In this document: positions 49,299 to 58,789 of the stretch, one piece after another | How positions within the stretch are numbered: position 1 is the stretch's first letter | Layout of the letters: every line of letters starts with the position of its first letter | NCBI GenBank assembly: GCA_046052125.1 | Contig: JBJOMY010000004.1 | Location: 256,001 to 320,000 of the forward strand | DNA length: 64,000 bases | Reading direction: 5' to 3' | Origin: Cyanobacteriota bacterium | GTDB taxonomy: Bacteria; Cyanobacteriota; Cyanobacteriia; PCC-6307; Cyanobiaceae | Made by a program: the position numbers and the translations under genes | The notes under the pieces: model-generated | The model's input: only the letters and a program-made list of their open reading frames with translations | What the model was told of the DNA's origin: nothing | Databases searched by the model: none

Positions 49299-49637
49299 AT
49301 GGGTGCCTCGAGCTCCATGCCGTCTCCTCAGTTGCTTGAGGAGTTCAGCCAGTTCTTCCGGCTGTTGAGTGAGCCGGCGCGGCTGCAGTTGCTCTGCCAT
49401 CTCAAGCAGGGGCCCACCGATGTGGCCACGCTGATCGAGCGCACCGGCTTTTCTCAGTCGCACATCAGTCGGCAGCTCGGCCAGTTGCAGCGCGCCGGTT
49501 TGGTGCGTTGTGAGCGCGATGGGGCGCGCACGATCTGGCAGACGGAGGGCGACCTCGTGGATGAGCTCTGCCAGCTGGTGCAGGGGCGGCTTCGGCAGCG
49601 GCTTGAGGCTCAGCTGCAGGAGCTCAGAACGGCCTGA
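49299..49637 (+). CDS. ArsR/SmtB family regulator
   Basis: LSEPARLQLLCHL, SQSHISRQL; divergent from the dioxygenase. Confidence 0.85.
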   Translation: MGASSSMPSPQLLEEFSQFFRLLSEPARLQLLCHLKQGPTDVATLIERTGFSQSHISRQLGQLQRAGLVRCERDGARTIWQTEGDLVDELCQLVQGRLRQRLEAQLQELRTA

Positions 49638-49997
49638 TCAGCAGTTTCCGAAGAGGCGGCTGTCGGCTTCGAGAAAGAGTCGATAGGTCTCGTCGTTGTT
49701 GGTTCCCGACACAGCGATCGAAACGGTTTGTCGAGCCGGGCAAACCTCTACGGCCAGGGCGACGCAGGCGTCTCGATGCTGGGCGTGAAACGTGGCGCTT
49801 CGAGCGTCTGCTGAATACACCGTTTCAGCGTCCTGCTCAAAGCCGATCTCTCTGGAGATCAGCGTGATTCCTGCGAGGGATCGGGTGAGGCCGGCCGCTG
49901 ATTGGATCGCCGTGACGTACACGAATGGGGAGGGGAGTCGGGGCTCTGCGAGGCCGGCCTCAAGTCCGTTGCGAACGCTCTGCAGGAAGTCGCGCAT
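49638..49997 (-). CDS. Hypothetical protein
   Basis: 119-aa ORF filling the gap; no motif recognised. Confidence 0.5.
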   Translation of the reverse strand: MRDFLQSVRNGLEAGLAEPRLPSPFVYVTAIQSAAGLTRSLAGITLISREIGFEQDAETVYSADARSATFHAQHRDACVALAVEVCPARQTVSIAVSGTNNDETYRLFLEADSRLFGNC

Positions 49998-50112
49998 GAC
50001 CGTTCGATGGGTCCGGACAGTTGCCGAAAATCTAGGCTTGGCACGCTAGATCTGCACGGCCGCGACTCCAAGGCTCCACAGATAGCGTTTGTTGGTGTGT
50101 TGATGTCTGGTG

Positions 50113-50757
50113 ATGCACCCTGCTCCCGATACCGGTTCCTGGTGGGATCAGCGCTACCGCGAGGGCAGTGATCGTTGGGAACTCGGTGCCCCGGCTCCGC
50201 CGCTAGAGCAGTTTCTTGGTGAGCACCCTCTGGCTCCGCGGCCACCAGGCCGTGTGCTCGTGCCGGGTTGTGGCCGCGGCCATGAGGCGGCTTTGCTGGC
50301 CTCCATGGGGTTCGCGGTGGTGGGCCTGGATTTCAGCGCTGAAGCCTTGCGAGAGGCGCGGCGTTTGCATGGTGAACAGCTGGGGCAGCTGAGCTGGCTG
50401 CAGGCGGATTTGCTCGATCCAGAGGCTTTGGTGGCCGCAGGGTTGGGCCCCGGCAGCTGTGATGGCGTGCTCGAGCACACCTGTTACTGCGCCATCGATC
50501 CGGCGCTGCGGCCGGCTTATCGCCAAGCGGTGGCTCAATTGTTGCGGCCCCAGGCCTGGCTCTTGGGCCTGTTCTGGTGTCATGGCCGCCCGGGTGGACC
50601 GCCTTACGGCAGCGATGCGGAGGTTTTGCAGAGCGACTTTCGAGCGGCTGGGTTCACTCAGGAGCTGTGGAGTCCAGCGACCCATTCCGGGCCGGGGCCC
50701 GATGGTGAGCCGCGCGACAACGAATGGCTGGGGCTCTGGCGCCGGGCTGCACACTGA
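50113..50757 (+). CDS. TPMT-family thiol/halide methyltransferase
   Basis: WDQRY, VLVPGCGRGHE, CAI.P..R..Y, GGPPY. Confidence 0.82.
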   Translation: MHPAPDTGSWWDQRYREGSDRWELGAPAPPLEQFLGEHPLAPRPPGRVLVPGCGRGHEAALLASMGFAVVGLDFSAEALREARRLHGEQLGQLSWLQADLLDPEALVAAGLGPGSCDGVLEHTCYCAIDPALRPAYRQAVAQLLRPQAWLLGLFWCHGRPGGPPYGSDAEVLQSDFRAAGFTQELWSPATHSGPGPDGEPRDNEWLGLWRRAAH

Positions 50758-50778
50758 ACAGGTGCGTGCTGATCTGCC

Positions 50779-52314
50779 CTGAAGCCTGATCTGATCGTTG
50801 TGGGTAGCGGCCTCGGGGGCCTCTGCTGCGGGGCTCTGGCCGCCCGCCATGGGCTTGAGGTGCTGGTGCTCGAGGCCCACGACCGCCCGGGTGGTGCCGC
50901 CCATGGTTTTGAACGGCGCGGTTTTCAGTTCGAGTCGGGACCTTCGCTGTGGAGCGGTTTGGGGCGTTGGCCCTCGAGCAATCCCCTGGCCCAAGTGTTG
51001 CGGGCGGTGGGGGAGATGGTGCCGGTGGTGTCTTACGAGGAGTGGGGCCTGTTGTTGCCGGAGGGGCAGCTGCGCATCGGCGTGGGCGCGGAGCCGTTTC
51101 TCCAGGCTGTGCAGCAGCTCAGGGGAGCGGCGGTGGTGGCCGAATGGCGAGCCTTCATGGCTTGGCTCGAGCCCTATTGCCGAGCCGCCGGATCGTTGCC
51201 GTTGCTGGCCATGCGGCCTGGCCTGGGCACCGCCGGGGTGTTGGGCGCCCGCGGCTCGGCGGCACTGCTGCGTCATGCGCCGCGCCTGGCGAGCCTCGCG
51301 GGAGCCTTTGGGCCGATGGCGCGGCGCCATCTGCGCGATCCCTTCCTCCTCCATTGGGTGGAGATGCTGTGCTTCCTGATCTCCGGCTTGCCGATGGATC
51401 AGACCAGCGCCGCCGCCATGGCCACGCTGTTTGGCGAATGGTTTGAGCCGAACGCCAGCCTCGACTACCCCGTGGGCGGCAGTGCGGCGGTGGCCGAGGC
51501 GTTGGTGCGCGGCCTACGCCGCCACGGCGGTGAGCTGCGCTGCAGGGCGGCCGTGCGGGAGATCCGGCTCGAGGGCAACCGCGCCGTTGGCGTGGAGCTC
51601 GAGAGCGGTGAGCGCCTGGAGGCGCGCTTGGGGGTGGTGAGCAATGCCAGCCCCTGGGACACCCTGGCCTTGCTGCCCCAGGACGCCGTGCCATCGCGCT
51701 GGCGCCGTCAGACGGCTGACACTCCGGCCTGCAACAGCTTTCTGCACTGGCATGTGGGGTTGCGCGGCGCAGGGTTGGACTCACTGCCGATCCATCACGT
51801 GTGGGTGGGCGACTGGCAGCGGGGCATCGGCGCCGAGCGCAACATGCTCGTGTTCTCGATGCCCTCCCTGCTGGATCCGCAGCTGGCCCCCGAGGGGCAC
51901 CACGTGCTCCACGCCTACAGCCCCGCCAATGAACCATGGGAGCTGTGGCGCGATCTCGAGCCCGGCTCCAGTGCCTATGAAGCCCTCAAGGCCGAGCGCT
52001 GCGGTCTCTTCCGCGAGGTGTTCAGCCAACTGGTGCCCGACCTCGCTGATCGGATCGTGCTCGAGCTTCAGGGCACACCCCACACCCATCGGCGTTATCT
52101 GCGGGTGCATCAGGGGAGCTATGGCCCGGCGATCGGCGCCGATCGGTCGCCGTTTCCTGGGGGGAGTACGCCAATTGAGGGGCTACAGCTCTGCGGCGCC
52201 GGCGTGTTTCCGGGCATCGGCGTACCACCGGTCGCCGTGAGCGGGGCGATGGCGGCCCATAGCTTTGTGCTGGCGGCGCAGCAGAAGGCGTTGGTGCGGG
52301 AGCTGGGCCTCTAG
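50779..52314 (+). CDS. Phytoene desaturase/CrtH-like FAD oxidoreductase
   Basis: DLIVVGSGLGG, FESGPSL, GTPHTH.RY...GSYGP, FPGIGVP; start uncertain (CTG 50779 or GTG 50800). Confidence 0.85.
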   Translation: MKPDLIVVGSGLGGLCCGALAARHGLEVLVLEAHDRPGGAAHGFERRGFQFESGPSLWSGLGRWPSSNPLAQVLRAVGEMVPVVSYEEWGLLLPEGQLRIGVGAEPFLQAVQQLRGAAVVAEWRAFMAWLEPYCRAAGSLPLLAMRPGLGTAGVLGARGSAALLRHAPRLASLAGAFGPMARRHLRDPFLLHWVEMLCFLISGLPMDQTSAAAMATLFGEWFEPNASLDYPVGGSAAVAEALVRGLRRHGGELRCRAAVREIRLEGNRAVGVELESGERLEARLGVVSNASPWDTLALLPQDAVPSRWRRQTADTPACNSFLHWHVGLRGAGLDSLPIHHVWVGDWQRGIGAERNMLVFSMPSLLDPQLAPEGHHVLHAYSPANEPWELWRDLEPGSSAYEALKAERCGLFREVFSQLVPDLADRIVLELQGTPHTHRRYLRVHQGSYGPAIGADRSPFPGGSTPIEGLQLCGAGVFPGIGVPPVAVSGAMAAHSFVLAAQQKALVRELGL

Positions 52315-53540
52315 GCCGCGGCAGGCAGCAGCGGCAAGAGCCCCTCCGCCAGCGCTTCAGCGCTGCGCAGGGCTCCTTCCACCCGCCCGAAGCCCAGCCC
52401 GGCGATCGCATCACCGCAGAAGCCGATGCGGCTGAGCGGGCAGAGGCTCAGCTCGGGGGGTAGACCGGGAGCCTGCGGGAACGCAGCGCCCCAGCGCATC
52501 AGTTGCCGTTCGCTGGCGGCGGTGCTCAGGCCGAGGGCCTGCTGCAGGGCGCGTTCGAGGTCCTCGATTACCTCGGCTTCCGCCTGGGGCTCCGGCGCGG
52601 CTCCTAAGAGCTGGGCGGCTGAGGACCGCGAGCCGTACACCTGCAGATGGCGCTCGGCGAACGCGGCGCTGGATTCCACCACCACACCCCAGCGCCCGGC
52701 CGCCATGGCCTGCAGTGACACCCGACGGATGCCCCAGCGCTCCTGAGCCGCGGCGGTGAACTGCAGGATCCGCCAGGGTTGCTGCCGCCAAGCCGCCGCA
52801 GAGGCGTCATTCAGGCTCAGCAGGAGATTGCTGCTGGCTGCCGATGGGATGGCGGCCAGGGCGCTGGCGGCTTGCTGCAGTTGGGGCTCCTGAAGCTGCA
52901 GCGCGGCCTGTTGGAGCGGCAGTTCAGGCCACCCGAACACGCTCTGGCAGCGCGGGTGGGCGAGCAGGGTGCCGCTGAGCACCAGCCAGCGGCAGTGCAG
53001 CAGCACTTCACCCGATGCCCCCCGCAGAATCCAGCCCTCTCCATTGGGCTTGGGCTCCAGTTCACGCACCAGGGTGCTGCTGCGCAGCGCGATCGGTGCC
53101 GCCTGATCCGCCAGGGCGAGCAAGCCGCGGCAGAGCCCATCCATCTGGGGGATGCCCTGCCAGAGCTGGCCGCTGCAAAGCGGATCAGCAAGGGCGCTGC
53201 CCAGACGGCCCTGGCCATCAAGGCTGCAGATCGCTTCGCTGAAGGGTGCGATCCAGCCCGCCTGCCGCAGCGGCTCAAGCAGCAGCGGCTCGGGATGGGC
53301 GGTGATGTTGAACAGCGGGGCACCGTGCTTGAGCGCTAGGCCGGGATCGCTGCGGGAGCGGCGAGTGGCGGTGCGGCCCCCCGGGCCGCGGCCGATCTCC
53401 AGCAGGGTTATGGAGCCGTTCCAGCCCTGCAGGCGCAGAGCTGCGGCCAGGGCGCAACCGGCGGCGCCAGCTCCGATCACCGCCAGATCCACCGCGGTGC
53501 GTGTGTCGGCAGAGAGTGGCGCAGGGTTGATCGGCCCCAT
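52311..53540 (-). CDS. Renalase-like FAD-dependent oxidoreductase
   Basis: IGAGAAG, GPGGR.ATRR, RWGAAFP, CGD...RVEGA..SA. Confidence 0.82.
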   Translation of the reverse strand: MGPINPAPLSADTRTAVDLAVIGAGAAGCALAAALRLQGWNGSITLLEIGRGPGGRTATRRSRSDPGLALKHGAPLFNITAHPEPLLLEPLRQAGWIAPFSEAICSLDGQGRLGSALADPLCSGQLWQGIPQMDGLCRGLLALADQAAPIALRSSTLVRELEPKPNGEGWILRGASGEVLLHCRWLVLSGTLLAHPRCQSVFGWPELPLQQAALQLQEPQLQQAASALAAIPSAASSNLLLSLNDASAAAWRQQPWRILQFTAAAQERWGIRRVSLQAMAAGRWGVVVESSAAFAERHLQVYGSRSSAAQLLGAAPEPQAEAEVIEDLERALQQALGLSTAASERQLMRWGAAFPQAPGLPPELSLCPLSRIGFCGDAIAGLGFGRVEGALRSAEALAEGLLPLLPAAA

Positions 53541-53619
53541 CGCGGCTGGGCTGCTGCTGGCAGTGTGGCCGCTCGCCAGCTATGGCGCAGCGTTAGCGTC
53601 GCGCCTTCGATCGGTGGCG

Positions 53620-54270
53620 ATGGTGGCGGTTCAGGTGCTCAATGAGGCCCAGCGCCGCAAGTGGGACAGCAGCGACGACCAGCTGTTCTATGCAGAGCCG
53701 CGCTTCGTGCAGCACCTGGACGATGCCTTTCGGGAGCGGCTCACCCAGCTCTATCGCGAGCGCCTTCCGGCCCGGGCGGTGGTGCTTGATCTGATGTCGA
53801 GTTGGGTGTCGCATCTGCCCGACGATGTGATCTACGAGCGGGTGATCGGCCATGGGCTCAACGAGAAAGAGCTGGCCGCCAACAAGCGCCTCGATAGCCA
53901 TTGGCTGCAGAACCTCAACCTGAATCAGGAGATTCCGCTCAAGAACGAGAGCGTGGATGCTGTGTTGATCGTGGCCGGCTGGCAATACCTGCAATACCCG
54001 GAAGCGGTGGCAGCTGAACTGCTGCGGATCACCCGCCCGGGCGGCCAGCTGATCGTGTCGTTCTCCAATCGGATGTTCTTCACCAAGGCCCCGCAGATTT
54101 GGGCCGATGGCAGCGATCGCGATCACCTCACCTACGTGGCGGAGGTGTTGATGGCCCAGGGTTGGCCGAAGCCCGAGATCGTGGCCGAGCAAACCCGCGC
54201 CAAGGGCTTGAAGGGTCTCGTGGGCGGTCAGGGTGATCCCTTCTTCTCCGTGATTGCCACCAAGCCGTGA
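53620..54270 (+). CDS. Class I SAM-dependent methyltransferase
   Basis: FYAEPRFVQHLD, LDLMSSWVSHLP, SFSNRMF. Confidence 0.85.
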   Translation: MVAVQVLNEAQRRKWDSSDDQLFYAEPRFVQHLDDAFRERLTQLYRERLPARAVVLDLMSSWVSHLPDDVIYERVIGHGLNEKELAANKRLDSHWLQNLNLNQEIPLKNESVDAVLIVAGWQYLQYPEAVAAELLRITRPGGQLIVSFSNRMFFTKAPQIWADGSDRDHLTYVAEVLMAQGWPKPEIVAEQTRAKGLKGLVGGQGDPFFSVIATKP

Positions 54271-54797
54271 TGAGCGCCCCTGCCACTGCAGAGGAGCTGT
54301 TGGCTCTGGAGCGTCAGGCCCGCGCGAGTGGCACTGGTCTGGACGCCTCACGACTGGAGGGCAGCTGGCAGCTGGAGCTGGTCTGGCCGAAGGGAAGCAG
54401 CCGGGCCTCGGCTTTCAGTGGCTGGTTGCTCCGAGGGTTGTCGGCTCGCCTGGAGATCGTTGCCAAGCCCGATGCGGCGGAGCCCCAAGCCTTGCTGCTC
54501 AGCAATGCGGTGAACCTGGGTGCACTTGAGCTGCGTTTCAACGGCCATGGCCGGTTGCAGGGCAAGCGGCCGCTGCTGCTATTCAGTTTTGATCAGCTGC
54601 GGCTGAGCCTTACCGGTCGCTGTTTGCTGCAGCGCAACCTGCCGGCGCCAAAGCCCCAGCGCATGCCGTTTTTTGCCTTGATTCACCGCGATGCCAGCGG
54701 TTGGCTGGCGGCACGGGGCCGCGGCGGGGGCCTGGCCCTCTGGCGTCTGGCCGATGGCGCGGTTTCCGTTGCCAACATGGCCCCAACCGCTCCCTGA
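54267..54797 (+). CDS. Conserved hypothetical protein (fibrillin/lipocalin-like)
   Basis: LEGSWQL...ARGRGGGLALW; coupled to upstream gene. Confidence 0.6.
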   Translation: MMSAPATAEELLALERQARASGTGLDASRLEGSWQLELVWPKGSSRASAFSGWLLRGLSARLEIVAKPDAAEPQALLLSNAVNLGALELRFNGHGRLQGKRPLLLFSFDQLRLSLTGRCLLQRNLPAPKPQRMPFFALIHRDASGWLAARGRGGGLALWRLADGAVSVANMAPTAP

Positions 54798-54804
54798 GCT
54801 CCCG

Positions 54805-55080
54805 ATGGCGTGTCCGCAGTGCGGCAGCTGGTCTGTTCGGGCCGATCGCAGCCTGGCGGGTCGCATGGTGTGCGGCCGCTGCGGCGTTCCCTTGCAAGGG
54901 GTGAAACGCCGGGGCCGGGGTGCACGATTCCTGCCGGCAGTGCCTGGCCGCGGCCGTTGGCGTTGGTGGATTTTGGCCCTGGTGGTGGCCGCCGCATTGT
55001 TGGCGGCGCTTGATTCAGGATCGCGTCAGCCCCTGATCCCCCATGGTTCCAGCGATCGCCTTAACGATCGGTGGCAGTGA
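54805..55080 (+). CDS. Small Zn-ribbon membrane protein
   Basis: CPQCG...CGRCG plus a TM helix. Confidence 0.65.
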   Translation: MACPQCGSWSVRADRSLAGRMVCGRCGVPLQGVKRRGRGARFLPAVPGRGRWRWWILALVVAAALLAALDSGSRQPLIPHGSSDRLNDRWQ

Positions 55081-55846
55081 TTCCGGCGGCGGTGCCGGGA
55101 TTCAGGCCGATCTGAAAACGTTTTTGGCCCTACAGGTGCATGGCTGCTCGGCGCTCACCTGCGTCACCGCGCAGAACACCTGTGGCGTCAGCCGTGTGGA
55201 TGCCCTGCCGCCTGAGGCCCTCACCGCTCAGGCGGAGGCGGTGCTGAGCGATCTGCCCGTGACGGCCCTGAAAACCGGAATGCTGCTCAACCGGTCGTTG
55301 ATCGAAGCCACCGCCCGTGCTTTGGAACCGTTGTCGATTCCCAAGCTGATCGATCCGGTGATGGTGTCGCGGGCGGGATCGGTGCTGCTGGAGCCCGAAG
55401 CGATCGAGGCCTATCGCCAGCTGCTGTTGCCCCTGGCGGAGCTGATCACCCCGAACCTGCATGAGGCTCGGCTGTTGAGCGGCGAGCTGATCGAAGCGGC
55501 AGACGATGTGGAGCGGGCCGCCGTAAGGCTCCTGGAGCTCGGCCCTGCCGCCGTTCTGATCAAAGGGGGTGGTCTGGCGGAGCTGCGAGGGCGCGACTAT
55601 CTGCTCGAGCCAAACGGATGCGGCCAGTGGCTGGAGCATGCGCCGGTGGACACCTCCAATAGCCACGGCAGTGGCTGCACCCTGGGCGCTGCGATCACCG
55701 CTGAACGCGCCAAGGGCCAATCGCTCCTGGAGGCAGTGCGAACAGCCAAAACCTTCGTGCAAAACGGTTTGCGCAAAGGGCTAGCCATCGGGTCAGGCCA
55801 AGGCCCACTGTGTCACTGGCACCCGTTGCTCTCCTCCCATGGCTGA
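55043..55846 (+). CDS. thiD: Hydroxymethylpyrimidine/phosphomethylpyrimidine kinase
   Basis: [36 protein letters not shown]. Confidence 0.95.
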   Translation: MVPAIALTIGGSDSGGGAGIQADLKTFLALQVHGCSALTCVTAQNTCGVSRVDALPPEALTAQAEAVLSDLPVTALKTGMLLNRSLIEATARALEPLSIPKLIDPVMVSRAGSVLLEPEAIEAYRQLLLPLAELITPNLHEARLLSGELIEAADDVERAAVRLLELGPAAVLIKGGGLAELRGRDYLLEPNGCGQWLEHAPVDTSNSHGSGCTLGAAITAERAKGQSLLEAVRTAKTFVQNGLRKGLAIGSGQGPLCHWHPLLSSHG

Positions 55847-56228
55847 TGCTCCGTATCTGATTGCGCTGGCGTTGCTGGAGCAAAACGGCGAGCGAGCGAT
55901 GCCCTTGCAGGGCAAATCCTTGCGAGAACCCTTGCCAGCTGATGGTGATCCCGGAGAGGTGGGGCGTGAGCAGGTGCTCGATCTGTTGATGCGGGTGTGG
56001 CAACGCAGCGACGCCGGTGCCCTCAACCGAGCCGCCGGCGATCAGAGCCTGTTGCTGGTGACCGTGCCGATCGAAGCGCTGCAGGAAGCCATTCCCGCCA
56101 TCAAGGCGCAATGGCTCAACAGTGGAGATCAAGCCGCTCTGTTGAACGAGCTCAAGGCTTTGGCCAGCGGGGTTTGGAGCCTCACATTGCAGCCCCGTCA
56201 ACCAAGCACTTACACCAGGTTGGATTGA
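55839..56228 (+). CDS. Hypothetical protein
   Basis: Overlaps thiD end; host-like codon usage. Confidence 0.7.
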   Translation: MADAPYLIALALLEQNGERAMPLQGKSLREPLPADGDPGEVGREQVLDLLMRVWQRSDAGALNRAAGDQSLLLVTVPIEALQEAIPAIKAQWLNSGDQAALLNELKALASGVWSLTLQPRQPSTYTRLD

Positions 56229-56245
56229 TCAAAGGCCGCTGCTTT

Positions 56246-56461
56246 TCAGTTGTATTCGCCGGGGATGTCGTTTTTGCGAACGGTGACCCGGTCAAACTTT
56301 TTGCCGGATACCCGCAGAAGCTCATCGCCTGAAAACTCAAAGCCCAGCTTCAGGGCTATCTGAGCCACGTCGTCGGCGGTGGCCGCGGCCAACACCTGTT
56401 GCTTCAGCGCTTCATCGGCCTGCAGCTTGGCCAGGAACGCTTTCAGTTGATCGAGCGACAT
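56246..56461 (-). CDS. Nif11-like leader peptide family protein (71 aa)
   Basis: MSLDQLKAFLAKLQADEALKQQV...LGFEFSGDEL. Confidence 0.85.
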   Translation of the reverse strand: MSLDQLKAFLAKLQADEALKQQVLAAATADDVAQIALKLGFEFSGDELLRVSGKKFDRVTVRKNDIPGEYN

Positions 56462-56487
56462 GACACGCGAGCGTTGCGGCCAGTGTC

Positions 56488-57195
56488 TCAGTTCGCCTCA
56501 CCAGCAGCAGCGGGTGGGTGGAGATAGGGGGCTAGGAAGCTGAGGGGGCGATTCATCGTGGTGGAGAAGCCCAGGATTCCTTCGTCGCGGTGGGAATAGA
56601 GCAGGCTGTCGTCGGCATCGATCAAGAAGGTACCGCCCCGCTGGGTGATGAAGTCGTCATTGGGCACGTAGGTGCGCCAGTGGCTCAGCACCTCTTGCAT
56701 GTTGCGGAGCCGCACCGTGGCCAACTCAAACGGCCGCTGAAATCCTTCGCCGCCCGCCAGCTTGAACAGGGGGCTGTCGATGCGCTGGGGCGCATTGCGA
56801 TCGCCCCGGTAGCCGCGGAATACCTCCGCCAGGGTGCCCGGCGAGCCAATGCCGGCGCACATCAGCAGCAGCCCTGGCCAGGGGCCGCCGGGCGTTTTCA
56901 GTCCTTCGTAGAGCCCGAGCGCGCGATGCAAGGCAGGCTCTGCATCCACCTCCAGGGCCTCGCGTGGAAAGCCGGTGTAGTGGCAGAAGCGATCGGCACC
57001 CGCGGTGTCGCCGATGGCGATCGCCCGCACCCGAATGCCCGCTGCATCCAGTTGCGGCAGCACTGGCACCAGGGCCTGGGCGTATTCCATCGAATCAAAG
57101 TCGCCCAGCTGGGTGAGCAGCAGCACCAGGCGGCGGCCCTGATCCATCCCCGGGGTTGCTTGGAGGCGCCGGAGGAGAGGCTCAGGGGCTTGCAT
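56488..57195 (-). CDS. AhpC/TSA-2 (peroxiredoxin-like) family protein
   Basis: QLGDFDSMEYA, MCAGIGSPGTL, QRPFELAT, TQRGGTF. Confidence 0.8.
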   Translation of the reverse strand: MQAPEPLLRRLQATPGMDQGRRLVLLLTQLGDFDSMEYAQALVPVLPQLDAAGIRVRAIAIGDTAGADRFCHYTGFPREALEVDAEPALHRALGLYEGLKTPGGPWPGLLLMCAGIGSPGTLAEVFRGYRGDRNAPQRIDSPLFKLAGGEGFQRPFELATVRLRNMQEVLSHWRTYVPNDDFITQRGGTFLIDADDSLLYSHRDEGILGFSTTMNRPLSFLAPYLHPPAAAGEAN

Positions 57196-58133
57196 CAGCG
57201 CACGTTCAGGTCCTGGCGTACATCCTCCAGTGGCCGGTTGATCCATGTCCAGAAATCCCAGTGCAGGTCACGGATTGGACCGATCACCTCCGAGCCACGC
57301 TGCAGGGCTGAAGCAAAGGCCGGGGCCTGTAATTGATCCTTCAGCTTGGGGGCCACGCTGCCAGCCAGGGGGTCGGCAATTCCCATCTGGAACTGCAACA
57401 GAGCTGGGATCGCGATCAGCAGGGCGTGCTCCGGGAAGAGACCCATGCTGAAGGCCAGCACTTGAAGCTCTCCATCGGGATCTGTGGCGTACCCCCCGAT
57501 CACGTGATGCACGTCATGGGTGGCCACGTAGTCGTAGGGCAGTCCTTTGCGACTGCCTGGGTAGGGGAAGCCGTTCTGTTCGTAGTAGTGATGGAGCGCT
57601 TGCCCCAGGCTTCCCGGTGCTGAGCGCACCAGAGCCGCGTAGCGCTCCTGATGGCGCTGGTCGATACCCAGCCCCAGCATCGGAAGGATGAAGCGGGCGT
57701 AGCCCTGCAGCGTGCTGTCGTGGTTGAGCTCGCGAAAGGTGCGGCGATAGAGATCGCCGAATGACCTGAGCACATGGCCGCGGCACACCTCCTCCAGGTC
57801 GGCCATCACCGCCGGCTCGATCTCAAGCTCCTCCGCCAGCTGCTTGAGCAGGGCCACTTTCTGGGGTTCAAGTTCGGGTTCCAGAAAGGCCAGAAGAGTG
57901 AACAGCTGCATCGTTTCCTGCCGCTGCCGCTGGTCTCTGATCAGATCTGACAAGCCCAGAGGAAGCTGGGGCGGCAGAGAACCAGGCCAGGGTGAGCCCA
58001 CCAGAGCGGGAAACAGCTCGCGTAACTGGAGTTCCTCGCGGGCGCTGGGCGTTGCACTGACCAGGGCGCTACAGGCCTGGGCCAGCCCTTGCACAGCGGC
58101 GGGGGAGAGGGAGTCGAGGGCGTGAAACGCCAT
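57195..58133 (-). CDS. Coq4-like metal-binding protein
   Basis: PGSLG..L..Y...GF, HDVHHVIGGYATDPDGE, PLEDVRQDLN. Confidence 0.65.
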   Translation of the reverse strand: MAFHALDSLSPAAVQGLAQACSALVSATPSAREELQLRELFPALVGSPWPGSLPPQLPLGLSDLIRDQRQRQETMQLFTLLAFLEPELEPQKVALLKQLAEELEIEPAVMADLEEVCRGHVLRSFGDLYRRTFRELNHDSTLQGYARFILPMLGLGIDQRHQERYAALVRSAPGSLGQALHHYYEQNGFPYPGSRKGLPYDYVATHDVHHVIGGYATDPDGELQVLAFSMGLFPEHALLIAIPALLQFQMGIADPLAGSVAPKLKDQLQAPAFASALQRGSEVIGPIRDLHWDFWTWINRPLEDVRQDLNVR

Positions 58134-58244
58134 AACGGTGCAGGTGGTCGCCTCAGCACAGGTTGGCCAGCGCAGCGCTGAAGCGCAGCCAGGCTGTGCA
58201 GAATCGGGCGAGGGCTCCGTTCACCCCACGCCAGGCTGTCGCTG

Positions 58245-58397
58245 ATGGATCGCCGCCACTGGATGCTGTTAGTCGTCGCCTTGGCCTGCATCGCTGGGCT
58301 GGTTCTCTGGATCGGTGAAATCGATCTGGGGATGGAGGAATCGATCGCTCCCCCCACCACGCCCTCCACTGCTCCTGCTGCCCCAGCCCAGCCATGA
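58245..58397 (+). CDS. Small single-TM protein (50 aa)
   Basis: MDRRHWMLLVVALACIAGLVLWIGE...; stop overlaps next ATG (ATGA). Confidence 0.6.
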   Translation: MDRRHWMLLVVALACIAGLVLWIGEIDLGMEESIAPPTTPSTAPAAPAQP

Positions 58398-58789
58398 CCC
58401 ACCTGTTGCTCACCCTCACCCTGGCGCTGTTCCACCTGGTGGGTCCGGTTCCTGCCGATCTGGGCGTGAACCAGGGTGCTCTGGCGCCTTGCCCCAGCCC
58501 GGCCCACTGCGCCCGGGCCAATTGGTCGGTGGCTGATCCGGAGGCGGCGCTGGCGGCCCTGGTGCCGGTGGTGGTCGCCACACCCCGCACCGAGGTGGTG
58601 GAGCACAGCTCCGACTATCTCCACGCCACAGCGAGCAGTGCCCTGTTTGGCTTTGTGGACGATCTCGAGCTCTACGCCGATACCGCCCACGGTTTGCTGC
58701 AGGCCCGCTCGGTGTCGCGCCTGGGGGATTCGGATCTGGGGGTCAACGCGAATCGCTTGGCGGCGTTACGCGATCAGCTCAAGGGTTGA
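58394..58789 (+). CDS. DUF1499 family protein
   Basis: LAPCP.P..C, LFGFVDDLE, SRLGDSDLGVN..R. Confidence 0.85.
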   Translation: MTHLLLTLTLALFHLVGPVPADLGVNQGALAPCPSPAHCARANWSVADPEAALAALVPVVVATPRTEVVEHSSDYLHATASSALFGFVDDLELYADTAHGLLQARSVSRLGDSDLGVNANRLAALRDQLKG

